A stretch of DNA of 64,000 nt, taken from NCBI GenBank assembly GCA_039809325.1, contig JBDHUS010000001.1, forward strand, positions 391 to 64,390. Direction: 5' to 3'. Position 1 is the first letter of the stretch; each line of letters opens with the position of its first letter. The translations under genes were made by a program, and so were the position numbers. The notes below the pieces were generated by a model. That model saw only the letters and a list, made by a program, of their open reading frames with translations, was not told the DNA's origin and did not search any database. Shown in pieces: positions 9,799-20,181 of the stretch. Origin of the DNA: Minisyncoccia bacterium (GTDB lineage Bacteria; Patescibacteriota; Minisyncoccia; Phycocordibacterales; UBA5272).

Positions 9799-10417
9799 TT
9801 ATTTGAACAACATATTAAAATTATAAGTTTTTCCAACCTGATTATATTTCCTATGGTCTTTAGGAAGTGCCCGTAAACTTACACTCATTTTAAAGGTAAA
9901 AGGCCTGTCTTCTTTAGCGTTTTCTAGACCGTCTCTAAAATACAAAGCTAAATCTTCTGCGTTCATATAAAAACTCTTTTTGTTAGAAGAAATTCTGGCA
10001 TAATTTAAGCCCTGCAGATTAGAGTCTGCATCTTCCCCAGGAAAACTCCATGAAATCTCGGACAAGCTTTCGTCAAAACTATATTGGTCAGCATACTCAG
10101 GATTTATAGAAACTCTTAGTTCTGATGGGTTCCCTGTAGTGTCATATTTGTAAGTGTGCAAAAAGAGTTCTGAAGGATCCACGTCTTTTTTTGTATTATT
10201 TGATACGCTTGAATTATTTGTAGCTGGAGTATTATTGGTAGCTGGAGTATTTGTGGTTCTTTCATTTTGAGGTGAAGAGGTATGAAGAGGTATTTGTTTC
10301 TTCTTCTCCCTCCGCTTCAGCGGTTGTATTATTAGAATTAGAATTATTGTTCTTAGTGTCTGTAGTATTTTGAGTTCCAACATTTCCTCCAACAGACGCG
10401 TTATTTTTATTGACTCC
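9799..10417 (-). pseudogene. Detached C-terminal part of the 10418-11302 pilin gene (TAG plus 10-bp duplication frameshift)
   Basis: Frame continues past TAG 10418-10420 as an N/T/S/E-rich linker; tandem TGAAGAGGTA x2 (10273-10292) shifts it, and removing one copy joins the 9799 ORF in frame. Confidence 0.75.
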
Positions 10418-11302
10418 CTATTGAGAATTATTACTTGATGATTCTACTTTAACTTCTCCCGCAATATCATTTAATGTATTTAACATTACTGCCACTGCTG
10501 CGGAAGCTGCTGCCGCAATAGCAATACCAATAACTACCCGGACTGCAAAAGCTTTTGCTTTTTTTAAAGCCTCAGCATTGCCCTGTGCTTTTACAAATAG
10601 AAATCCAGACCAAATAGTAGCCCCAACAAGAGCGGGAGCTGCTATATAATTTATTAAAAATCTTATAGCTAGCAATATTAATGATGGGACAGTTTGATTT
10701 GGAAAAAAATTTGCATAACCAACACCTTCTTTCTCAGTTTCTCTAGCAAGATTCTCAGAAATATTATTAATAGGATCTGCGGCCATAGCATGATTAAATG
10801 GAAGGATACTATTACTTGTATTTGCTAGTAAATCCTTTAATAGATTTAAAACTTCTGTTTGCATACCAAGTGCAGCCATAATACCAAGCACAAGACCCAT
10901 ACCAACAACAATTATTAGAAGAGCATAAATAGAATTCTTAATACGTTTTTTCCATTTTATTAAAAATTGAGAATTGTTACCATTATATACATAACCTATG
11001 CCAGATATTATCAACATCAATACAAGAGAGATAATTACTAGATAAATAGCTAACTGCACCAAAACTTTAAGAAGTTTTATGGCATCTTTTGGGGTACATC
11101 TTTCATTTAAATCTGAAGAATATGGGTCACATGGCATTAATCCGTGACTTCCACTACTCAAATTTGATAAACCTTGAAGGGCTTTCTCTTCTGCACTTTG
11201 AGCTTCTGCTTTTTTTACTAAAGGTGAAGAAAAATTAAAAGCAAAAATAAATAATAATGCTATCAATAATATTTTTGCTTTTTTCATAAATCCTTTTTTC
11301 AT
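10418..11302 (-). CDS. Tandem double pilin-like protein
   Basis: Signal peptide, PC...C motif, two pilin-like helical hairpins (GIGYVY...KKRIKNSIYALLII; SGFLFVKAQGN...KKAK...VVIGIAI). Confidence 0.75.
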   Translation of the reverse strand: MKKGFMKKAKILLIALLFIFAFNFSSPLVKKAEAQSAEEKALQGLSNLSSGSHGLMPCDPYSSDLNERCTPKDAIKLLKVLVQLAIYLVIISLVLMLIISGIGYVYNGNNSQFLIKWKKRIKNSIYALLIIVVGMGLVLGIMAALGMQTEVLNLLKDLLANTSNSILPFNHAMAADPINNISENLARETEKEGVGYANFFPNQTVPSLILLAIRFLINYIAAPALVGATIWSGFLFVKAQGNAEALKKAKAFAVRVVIGIAIAAAASAAVAVMLNTLNDIAGEVKVESSSNNSQ

Positions 11303-11311
11303 ATATCTTTA

Positions 11312-12682
11312 TTAATTTCCTCCACTATAAATAGTCTGTAGATTATCTGCAAATATTTTACTTGCTTCTACTGTACTTTTTTCTCCATTATACACTTGTC
11401 TTATAGCTTCACGCATTAATCGTTCTAAATCTGTTCTATGTAAATCATAAAAATCTTTACTTATAAGGGCACTATTTCCAAATATTTCAGCTCCTTGATC
11501 TCCTGAAGAAATTTTATTTGCTATTTCAGATTTTAAAACTGATATTCCTCCTGTTAATGCAACTAAATAAGAATTATATTTACCTGGTGAAGCAAAATAT
11601 TGCATAACTTGATAAGCTAAACTGCTGGGGCTAGCTCCGACACTGGTATTCAACATAAAAACTACATATAATTTTCCATAAGTCGCAGAAACTTTGCTTC
11701 CTAAAATTTGTGGCAAAAGAGTATAGTCAAAATATAATTTTTGATTTGCATTTTTAATATATCCAGCTTCTGATGCAAATCCTATATAAAAAGCAAGATT
11801 TCCAGAAATAAATTCATTTAAAGCGCTACCAGATCTCGGAGTCCAATTAAAAGTTGGTTTTTGAGTGTCTGCAAAATCTTTTGTAAATGCAAGCGATGAA
11901 TTAAGTGGTGATATTCCAGTATCTGTATTATATTCATCCATATTTATGGTATATTTTGCAGAATAATTTCCTAAAGAATCTCTTGTATATTCTTTACTTA
12001 TTGGATTTTGTCCTTGTTGAAGAATCATCGCCATAATAATGTCTGTTATGTGTGGAATATTATCATAAGTACCAAAAGCAATTGTAGATAATGTATTATT
12101 GCCCTCGGAGTCTTTTTTTGTAATTTTTTCTTCATAATTATAAAGATCCCCCCATGTGGTTGGCGGAGATACAAATCCATTACTAGAAAGTATATCCCTA
12201 TTATAATAAAGGACTAGTGGATCAACAGATATAGGTAAAGCTATATATCCTCTCGGCATATCTATTAAATTTGAAGCTATATCAGCATAAATATTTCTAA
12301 AAGTTGTTTCTCCTATGGTTGACGGTAATGTATAATATATTCTATTTAGATTAGAAAAAGCTATAGAAACAGGAGCTATTATTAAATCTGGAGGATAACC
12401 ATCTGCTAATGATATTAATAATTTATTATTAAATTCTTCTAAAGGGACTTCTGTATAATTCATTGTATAAGTTTTTGCATCTTTATCAAATTCATCAACA
12501 AATGAAGCCATCGCAGTATTAGATAAAGTTCCCCAAACACGCACTGTTCCTGTTAAGCGTTGTTTAGAAGAATTATTAAAAATTGGAAGCTTTCCTGAAA
12601 AGCCAAAAATAGCAATTACAACTGCAAAAATAGCAACTCCTATTAAAATATTTTTAAAATTTAAAAACCTATCAAAGTTCAT
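11312..12682 (-). CDS. Extracellular solute-binding protein (family 1-like)
   Basis: N-terminal TM, VRVWG, PDLII, ALPISVDPLVLYYNRDIL, PPTTW, F.SGNLAFYIG. Confidence 0.85.
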   Translation of the reverse strand: MNFDRFLNFKNILIGVAIFAVVIAIFGFSGKLPIFNNSSKQRLTGTVRVWGTLSNTAMASFVDEFDKDAKTYTMNYTEVPLEEFNNKLLISLADGYPPDLIIAPVSIAFSNLNRIYYTLPSTIGETTFRNIYADIASNLIDMPRGYIALPISVDPLVLYYNRDILSSNGFVSPPTTWGDLYNYEEKITKKDSEGNNTLSTIAFGTYDNIPHITDIIMAMILQQGQNPISKEYTRDSLGNYSAKYTINMDEYNTDTGISPLNSSLAFTKDFADTQKPTFNWTPRSGSALNEFISGNLAFYIGFASEAGYIKNANQKLYFDYTLLPQILGSKVSATYGKLYVVFMLNTSVGASPSSLAYQVMQYFASPGKYNSYLVALTGGISVLKSEIANKISSGDQGAEIFGNSALISKDFYDLHRTDLERLMREAIRQVYNGEKSTVEASKIFADNLQTIYSGGN

Positions 12683-12729
12683 ATTTTAAATAAAAAGATT
12701 TCATAAAAATTATATCATATTTTATGAAA

Positions 12730-13260
12730 TTATTGTGATTCTATATTTTTAATAGAAAAAGCATAATGATAGTCTCCTGCAGGAAAATGCTTTATTACAT
12801 CAAAATTATATTTAGCCAATATGGCTAAAACTTTTTCTTCTTCTATAATGCTATGTCTTTTAAGTGTTATATTTTCTTCTGTATTTTTCCAGTCTGCTAT
12901 TAAAATTCTTCCATCAAACCTTAATATTCTTTTTGCCTCTTTTATTAAATTATCTATATTAACAACTTCTGATAAAATATTTGAAAGTATAATAAGATCG
13001 CAAGAATCATTATCTAAATAAATCTTTTCTTCTACATCTGCAACTATTCCGTCTATATTTATAATGCTTTTTTTTTCAGCTTCACGATTTATTTTGTCTA
13101 TCATATCTGTAAATCGATCTATAGCATAAACTTTTCCTCTATCTCCTACAAATTTAGAAGCTGCAAAAACATAAGCTCCTGCTCCACATCCAAAATCTGC
13201 TACAATATCACCTTCTTTTAAATTTAAACTATTTATGATCTGTTCTGGTGAGATAAACAT
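12730..13260 (-). CDS. Class I SAM-dependent methyltransferase
   Basis: VADFGCGAG motif I, KRILRFDGRILIADW; likely start ATG 13260. Confidence 0.85.
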   Translation of the reverse strand: MFISPEQIINSLNLKEGDIVADFGCGAGAYVFAASKFVGDRGKVYAIDRFTDMIDKINREAEKKSIINIDGIVADVEEKIYLDNDSCDLIILSNILSEVVNIDNLIKEAKRILRFDGRILIADWKNTEENITLKRHSIIEEEKVLAILAKYNFDVIKHFPAGDYHYAFSIKNIESQ

Positions 13261-13315
13261 AATATTTATATAATATAGTTTATCATAATAATATGATACT
13301 CGAATAATCTTTATT

Positions 13316-15802
13316 TTAAAGTATAGCAATACTTGCCACACTATCTTTATCTCTTAATTTCATTATTCTTACTCCTTGTGTTGCCCTGCCTAATGTTGGT
13401 ATTGTTTTTAATTCTGTTTTGATAACTTGTGAATTTTTAGAAACTGCCAATATTTCCGCTTCTTCATTTACTATTACTTTTGCTACTATTAATTTTCCTG
13501 TCTTTTCTGTAATGCTTACTGTCTTTATTCCAGATCCACCTCTTCCTTGAGTTTTATACTCATCTAGCTTTGTCATCTTTCCATATCCGTTTTCTGTAGC
13601 GACTAGTAATTTTGCTTTTTTGGCATCACTTTTTTTAATCACATCACATGCTGCAATATTATCTTTCTTATCTAGTTTCATACCACGCACCCCACCTGCA
13701 GTTCTACCCATTTCGCGAACATCACTTTCTGCAAAACGTATTGATTGCCCTTCTACAGAAGTCATAATAATATCATCCCCAGGCTCTACAAATAACGCCG
13801 ATAGTAATACATCATTACTGTCAAGCTTAATAGCAATAAGTCCACTTCTTCGAACATCTTTAAAACTTTCAGCGCTAGACTTTTTAATAGTTCCGTCTCT
13901 TGTAATCATAGCAAGTGAAAATGTAGAATTTTTAATATCCTTTGGCATTGGAAGTATACTTGTAATTTTTTCATCACTTGAAACTTGAAGATAATTCATA
14001 ATACTCTTTCCACGAGTTGCGCGCCTTCCTTCTGGGATATCATACATTTTAATTTGATAAACTTTTCCTTTATTAGTAAAGAAAAGTAAATCGGAATGGG
14101 TACTTGTAGTTAAAGATATAGTAATAAAATCTTCCTCTTTTGTATTCATATCTACTACACCAACACCCCCTCTTTTTTGTGTCTTAAATTCATCCGGATC
14201 TGTTCTTTTTACATATCCTCCTGCTGTATAAATAAGAACAGCTTCTTTTTCAGCTATTAAATCTTCTGGATTAAATTCTTTTGCTTTGTGAGAGACTATT
14301 TTTGTCCTTCTATCATCACCATATTTTTCTCTTATCTCCAAAAGCTCATCTTTTATAATCTTTAGCATTTTCTTTTCACTTGCTAAAATCTCTTTTAATT
14401 CTTTTATCGCTTCTTGTACTTCTTTAAGTTCATCTTCTATTTTCTTTCTTTCAAGACCAGCAAGTCTTTGAAGCTTCATATCAAGAATAGCTTGAGCTTG
14501 TAGAGGACTAAACTTAAATTGTTTTTGAAGTTCATTATGAGCTTCTTCTACTGATTTTGATTTTCTAATTAATTTAATTATCTCATCAATATGATCTAAT
14601 GCTTTTTTTAATCCAAGCAAAATATGTTCTCTATCTTCTGCTTTTTTTAATTCAAATTCTGTTCTTCTTCTAACTACTACTTTTCTATGTTTTATAAATT
14701 CTTCAAGGGCAGATTTAAGATTAAGAGTCTGTGGTACTCCATCTACAAGAGAAACTAAATTGACATGAAAAGTATCTTCGAGCTGTGTATGTTTATATAA
14801 ATAATTTAAAATCTTTTGCGGCTCTATACCATTTTTTAGATCTATCACTACACGGATATCTTTTGTAGATTCATCTCTTAATCCTTTTATTCCTTCTATC
14901 TTTTTCTCACGCACCAAGTCTGCTATCTTTTCTATCATATTTGCTTTTACAACTCTGTATGGTATTGAAGTAATAACTATTTGATAGCTACCATTTTTTA
15001 ATTCTACTATTTCAGCTTCACCACGAGTTACTATTCCTCCACGACCTGTAGCATAAGCATGCATAATATCATTCTTACCATAAATAACTCCACCTGTTGG
15101 AAAGTCAGGACCTTTTACTATTTCGCAAAGATCTTCTGTAGTGGCGCTATTATTATCTATAAGATAAGTCGTAGCATCTATTAGCTCAGTTAAATTATGA
15201 GGTGGTATATTTGTTGCCATACCTACTGCAATACCAAGAGTCCCATTTAAAAGAAGATTTGGTACAGCGGTTGGAAGAACTGATGGTTCTTTTTTAGTAC
15301 CATCAAAGTTAGGCTTCATATCTATTGTGTCCTTTTCTATATCACGAAGCATTTCAGAAGATATTTTAGACATTTTTGCTTCTGTATATCTGTACGCTGC
15401 GGCTCCGTCTCCATCAATAGAGCCAAAGTTACCTTGTCCCCAAATTAATGGATAACGAGTTTTAAAATCTTGCGCCAAATTTACCATCGCATCATATACA
15501 GAAGAGTCTCCATGCGGATGATATGATCCAAGTACATCTCCTACCACTGTTGCAGATTTTTTAAAGCGAGCTCCAGCTGAAAGCCCGTTTTGATGCATGG
15601 AGTAAAGTATTCTACGATGTACCGGCTTTAATCCATCTCTAGCATCTGGCAAAGCGCGATCAGTAATCACACTCATCGCATAGTTGATATAGCTTTTCTT
15701 CATCTCTTCCACTATATCCATGTCTACAATTTTGTCGTGCTTCAAATTTTCAGAGTTTTCAAGATTAGAAGATTCTTCGATTTTTGTATTATTTTTTACC
15801 AT
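13316..15802 (-). CDS. gyrA: DNA gyrase subunit A
   Basis: [30 protein letters not shown], GyrA-box QKRGGVG, C-terminal pinwheel repeats. Confidence 0.97.
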   Translation of the reverse strand: MVKNNTKIEESSNLENSENLKHDKIVDMDIVEEMKKSYINYAMSVITDRALPDARDGLKPVHRRILYSMHQNGLSAGARFKKSATVVGDVLGSYHPHGDSSVYDAMVNLAQDFKTRYPLIWGQGNFGSIDGDGAAAYRYTEAKMSKISSEMLRDIEKDTIDMKPNFDGTKKEPSVLPTAVPNLLLNGTLGIAVGMATNIPPHNLTELIDATTYLIDNNSATTEDLCEIVKGPDFPTGGVIYGKNDIMHAYATGRGGIVTRGEAEIVELKNGSYQIVITSIPYRVVKANMIEKIADLVREKKIEGIKGLRDESTKDIRVVIDLKNGIEPQKILNYLYKHTQLEDTFHVNLVSLVDGVPQTLNLKSALEEFIKHRKVVVRRRTEFELKKAEDREHILLGLKKALDHIDEIIKLIRKSKSVEEAHNELQKQFKFSPLQAQAILDMKLQRLAGLERKKIEDELKEVQEAIKELKEILASEKKMLKIIKDELLEIREKYGDDRRTKIVSHKAKEFNPEDLIAEKEAVLIYTAGGYVKRTDPDEFKTQKRGGVGVVDMNTKEEDFITISLTTSTHSDLLFFTNKGKVYQIKMYDIPEGRRATRGKSIMNYLQVSSDEKITSILPMPKDIKNSTFSLAMITRDGTIKKSSAESFKDVRRSGLIAIKLDSNDVLLSALFVEPGDDIIMTSVEGQSIRFAESDVREMGRTAGGVRGMKLDKKDNIAACDVIKKSDAKKAKLLVATENGYGKMTKLDEYKTQGRGGSGIKTVSITEKTGKLIVAKVIVNEEAEILAVSKNSQVIKTELKTIPTLGRATQGVRIMKLRDKDSVASIAIL

Positions 15803-15885
15803 AGTTTTTATAATTTAATAAAAGAAAAAATGCTATATTTATATATAAATTATAGCATTTTTAAAATAGATTTGAAAGTTAAAAA

Positions 15886-18800
15886 TTAGCTTGCAGGAGC
15901 GGGATCATCCGGATTTACCAAAGGTATTGTAGAGGAAGAATTATCAGTATTTTCTGGATCTGTAGAACTAGCAACAGTTGTGTCAAGATTATCTGCTGAC
16001 TCTCCTCCGCCTATTGATTCAGGTTCTTCTTCTGCGCCGCTCCCTCCGGTCGCGCCGCTTCCACCCGCATCCACACCACCTCCACCAATAGTATTAATTT
16101 TATTAATAGCATTTTCCAAAGTGTCACCATCAGTACAAAATCTTGATCCGTCAGATTTTTTGAAACAAAGTTTATTTTCTATTTCTACTCTATTAAAGTA
16201 TCCAACAACCGCAGTTATCTTTGCTACAACAAAATCATGAATAATAGAAATTTTATTATTAACTTTTTCTAAAATAATATTTAAGACAGATTTATTATAA
16301 TTATTATTTTCATTAATAATTAAATTAAGTGTGTTTGTTGCGTTTGTATTATCTATCATATCTGGAGTACTAGAACCTGTCAGAGTTGTGAATTGATCTT
16401 TCAAAGCATTCACAATAGTTGCTATGATTGGCCTATCTTGAAGAGATAAATATCCATTAGGTGATGTTGATACTGCTTCTGGTATTGCATTTTGTATGTT
16501 TTGAGCAGAGAAACCAGTATAGAAGTTATTAGTATCTAGTCCGGATGTTTCATTCCATTTGTATGAGATTGGGTTTATTTTTAATAGATCTAGTATAGAT
16601 CTATTGTATGGAGTTATGTTTTCTTTTAGTCTTTCGTCTGATGATACTGATAGGTTACCATTTGCGTCAGTGGTGAGTGTACCGGCTCCGAAACTAGAGA
16701 ATCTTATTGTACCTGATGCATGTAATGTAGCTGTTGGTGATGTTGTTCCTAGTCCTACTCCAATGTTACCTCGTAGGAATGTTTTAGTGATGGAGGTGTT
16801 ACCGAGGGTGACGGAGTTGGAGCCGTTTCCTGTGGCATTGTATCCTATTACTATTTCATTAGAACCACCATCTGTAAGAGCTTTAGTTAAAGAACCTAGA
16901 AGTACGGAAGTACTCATAAAAGTTAGCTTTACAGACCCTCCTGATATAAATTTTCCTGCGTCAGCACCAATTACAACATTATAATCTCCTTTTGTTACAT
17001 TAAGCATAGAGTTTATTCCTATAGAGCTATTCCCGTACCCAGCATCAAGGGAATATAAAGATTGTACTCCTATAGCCACGCTAGCGCTAGAACTTGTAGA
17101 ATTTCTTAAAGAAGATAGACCTATAGCAACATTACTTCCTCCATTTATATTATTAAAAAGTGTAGCTACGCCTACAGCAACATTCAAAGAACCCGTTCTA
17201 TTCTCTTTTAAAGACCCCTGTCCCAATGCCACATTATTATATCCGGTAGTATTTGAACTTAATGTATTATCTCCTACAGCTGTGTTGTAGGAACTTTCAT
17301 AATTGTATGTTGCCATTTTACCCATATTAAAATTACCTGAATTCTTACCTAAAAATATATTACTTCCTACAGTAGTCACTGCCCCATTATCTCCATAATT
17401 AAAATTATGTAAAAATGGGACTCCGTCTGAATATATTACTCCTATCACTTCTGATGAAGTAGAATTTTGTGTTGATGGTAGATATATATTTGATTCTGAT
17501 TTTAAAGAAGAAAATGTTCCAATATTTGGCTTAGCTATACCTATTGCCATTGGTGAAGAGAATATTGAAGAAAGATTACTTGCTAATAATACATTCGGTA
17601 TATTATTTACTATATTTTCTGTTTGAAAGTTTTCTTTTATGAATTTAGCTACTTGTTCTGCTACTACTTTATATCCATAGTTATTTAAATGCAGCCCATC
17701 GTAAGATAAAGAACTGGGTATTACATCATTATCAATATCTATTAAATCTTGCGCTGTTGGTATAATATTTGCATCTTGTAATCCTCGCTCTATTAAATAT
17801 GTACGGATATCAAAATAATTATTTGGATAAGTTGACGCAAGATCATTATTTAATTGTATAATGGTATTATAATTAACTTCTCCTTTTCTTTCTAAATTTT
17901 TATTTGCATTTATTACTGATAAAATTAAATACTTTTGATTTCCATTCAGATTTGCAACCATAGCAGCTATATCTGCTTCTGCTTGTGTTGGATTATTAAA
18001 ATTATTCCTTCCTGTCCAGATAACTGATATACCATTATTTAAATTTCTATTATCAATAATAAAAGTAGATGAAGTTGTAGAGACAATTAATCCGTTTACA
18101 TCTCTTGAAAATAAAATTGATCCAGAACTATATTTTAATGTACCATATATTCCAGCAAGTGTTCCTTTTATACCGTTAGCAGGACTTTGAGCTGTTACTG
18201 GCTCATATCCTATAGGAAAAGTAACAGTTACTGTCGCACCTGCTGTTGCTGGTATTTCTCCACCAACTATTGTTACAGTTGGTTGGTATGCTCCTTGACG
18301 GACAGCAATTTGAGTTGAGCCTTGACCACCTACTCCATTATTATAAACAAGAATATTCAATATTCTAGATAAAACATTTGGATAATTATTGCCAACCGTA
18401 GAGCCACCTCCCGATGTCAAACTATCCCCCCAAGCCGTCACAAAACTACTAGGATTTACTGTGCTTACTACCTCACTATTATCAGCAAAATTTAACCCTA
18501 ATGAAGCTAAAGTTGGTGTAGGATTATTTACTATTGTAGTGCTCTGTGTTGGGACAAATTGATATTGTGTAGAATTTGGAGTAAATATAGACGCCCAATT
18601 TGTATTAGTATTTGTTGTATTTATTGGTATATCTAAATTATTTGCTGTAGTAAATGATTTTTTATCTATTTCTGAAAGCTTTGCATTTAAAGTATTTATT
18701 TGTTTTTGTAAAGCATTTATTTCTTGAGAATAATCTTTATTATCAGTATTTTTATCTACTATTTCATTTGTTTTATTTATTTTTTCTGAACTCTTTGTAT

Positions 18801-19030
18801 CTGTATTATTTTCTACCCCTTCTGTATTTAGATTATTATTTTGATTATTAAGATTATCTATATTATTAACTGATGAAATAGATACTCCTAATACTTCCCC
18901 CCCCCCCCGCAGTATTTTGAGTATTTGTAGTATTTACTCCTTCTTTATTAGTATTATCTTTGTTTATTATAGTGAATACGGTAGTTGATACTATTGCTAA
19001 TCCTGCTATTGTGAGAAGTATGTTTTTCAT
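15886..19030 (-). CDS. Tail-spike/adhesin-like surface protein (SGNH hydrolase + beta-helix repeats + S74-like chaperone), frameshifted at a G12 tract
   Basis: ATG 19030 encodes a signal anchor; its frame stops shortly after G12 (18897-18908) while a frame shifted by one base (GEVLGVS...) is open into the 851-aa ORF. Motifs: WGDSLT/GRNN/DGLH, N.A.G..L repeats, SSDERLKENI. Confidence 0.8.
18897..18908 (-). repeat. Poly-G12 tract (putative phase-variation site)
   Basis: 12 consecutive C on the + strand, exactly at the frame break. Confidence 0.85.
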
Positions 19031-19156
19031 AGTTTTTTTATTTATATGAGTTTATTTTAACATGATATTTTAGAGAGAAGTGGAGAGAGTGGGTGGGGTG
19101 GGGAAAAGTGGAGGGAAAAAGTACTATATTATTAAAAAATGTTAAAATTAAATATA

Positions 19157-19633
19157 ATGAAAACTAGTATATATATTGATGGAAATAACCTATACCGCTC
19201 TGCAAAAGAACTTGATTTTGAAATTGATTATAAAAAGTTCCGTGTCTGGATTACTCAAAAATACAATACTAAAAATATATTTTTATTTATAGGATTTTTA
19301 GAAGATAGAAAAGATTTTTATAAATATTTAGAAGATTGTGGATTTAATTTAATATTTAAGGAAGCAGTATTACACGAAGGAAATATCAAAGGTAATTGTG
19401 ATGCGGAATTAGTATTAAAATCAGTTGATGATTTTCATCTTAAAAATTTTGATAAATTTATCTTAATTTCTAACGATGGTGACTTTGGATGTTTGGTTGA
19501 ATTTTTAATAAAAAGAGATAGCTTTGATACTATCATATCCCCTGATAGAAAAAAGTGTTCTATTTTACTTAGAAACAAAACTAATAAGATTTTGTATTTA
19601 AATGAAGTTTATAAAAAATTCTCTAAAAAATAG
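19157..19633 (+). CDS. NYN domain (LabA/DUF88, PIN-like) ribonuclease
   Basis: IYIDGNNL, KGNCDAEL, ISNDGDF acidic catalytic motifs; likely start ATG 19157. Confidence 0.9.
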   Translation: MKTSIYIDGNNLYRSAKELDFEIDYKKFRVWITQKYNTKNIFLFIGFLEDRKDFYKYLEDCGFNLIFKEAVLHEGNIKGNCDAELVLKSVDDFHLKNFDKFILISNDGDFGCLVEFLIKRDSFDTIISPDRKKCSILLRNKTNKILYLNEVYKKFSKK

Positions 19634-19640
19634 ATAATTA

Positions 19641-19700
19641 TATGAAAAGAAAAAACTCCCGATATGGACGCATCCATATAGGGATTTTTTTCATAGTGAT
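19641..19700 (-). ncRNA. Candidate ~55-nt hairpin small RNA convergent on the NYN gene (or bidirectional terminator)
   Basis: Minus-strand promoter TTGCAT(19735-30)-N17-TATACT(19712-07) directly upstream of a hairpin ending in a U-run. Confidence 0.5.
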
Positions 19701-19752
19701 GTTATTAGTATATACCTAATAGGAAAACAATGCAAGAACAGACTTAACGAAT

Positions 19753-20085
19753 CTATCTATCACTACTTGTAGAAGTTGTTGCGTTATTAAAGACTCCTGA
19801 TAAAGAAGACTTTATGCTAGAAAATTGATTTCCTGTTTCTTTAAAAAAATTAATAAAAGAAGTCATTGGTGATTCCAGTTTTTCTTCTTCATTTTTATTT
19901 TCAACTTTTATTTCTTCTACTACAGCTTCTTTGTTGTGACCAATATTTAATAATCTATCTTTAAAAATAAAAAATAAAAATATTAAAACAATAGCAGATA
20001 ATATTATAGCAATAATGAGAGCAGATCTATGTTTAGTCTTTTCATCACTTGCTCTTAATTTATTAAGATAATTTATTATAGACAT
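19753..20085 (-). CDS. Hypothetical single-TM protein
   Basis: 110 aa, one TM helix, extended -10 TGGTATAAT upstream. Confidence 0.75.
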   Translation of the reverse strand: MSIINYLNKLRASDEKTKHRSALIIAIILSAIVLIFLFFIFKDRLLNIGHNKEAVVEEIKVENKNEEEKLESPMTSFINFFKETGNQFSSIKSSLSGVFNNATTSTSSDR

Positions 20086-20111
20086 AATTTATAAAAATTA
20101 TACCATAAGAA

Positions 20112-20170
20112 AATAAGAAGCTGGGTTTTTGTAGCTGCTTTGCAATGCTACAAAAACCCAGCTTCTTATT
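20112..20170. terminator. Long perfect 24-bp hairpin
   Basis: AATAAGAAGCTGGGTTTTTGTAGC-N11-GCTACAAAAACCCAGCTTCTTATT. Confidence 0.65.
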
Positions 20171-20181
20171 TAACTTAAAAA

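Noticed and set aside
9799-10392. 197-aa ORF as an independent gene
   Set aside because: Its N-terminal ~35 aa are an off-frame reading of the pilin linker; better explained as a detached tail.
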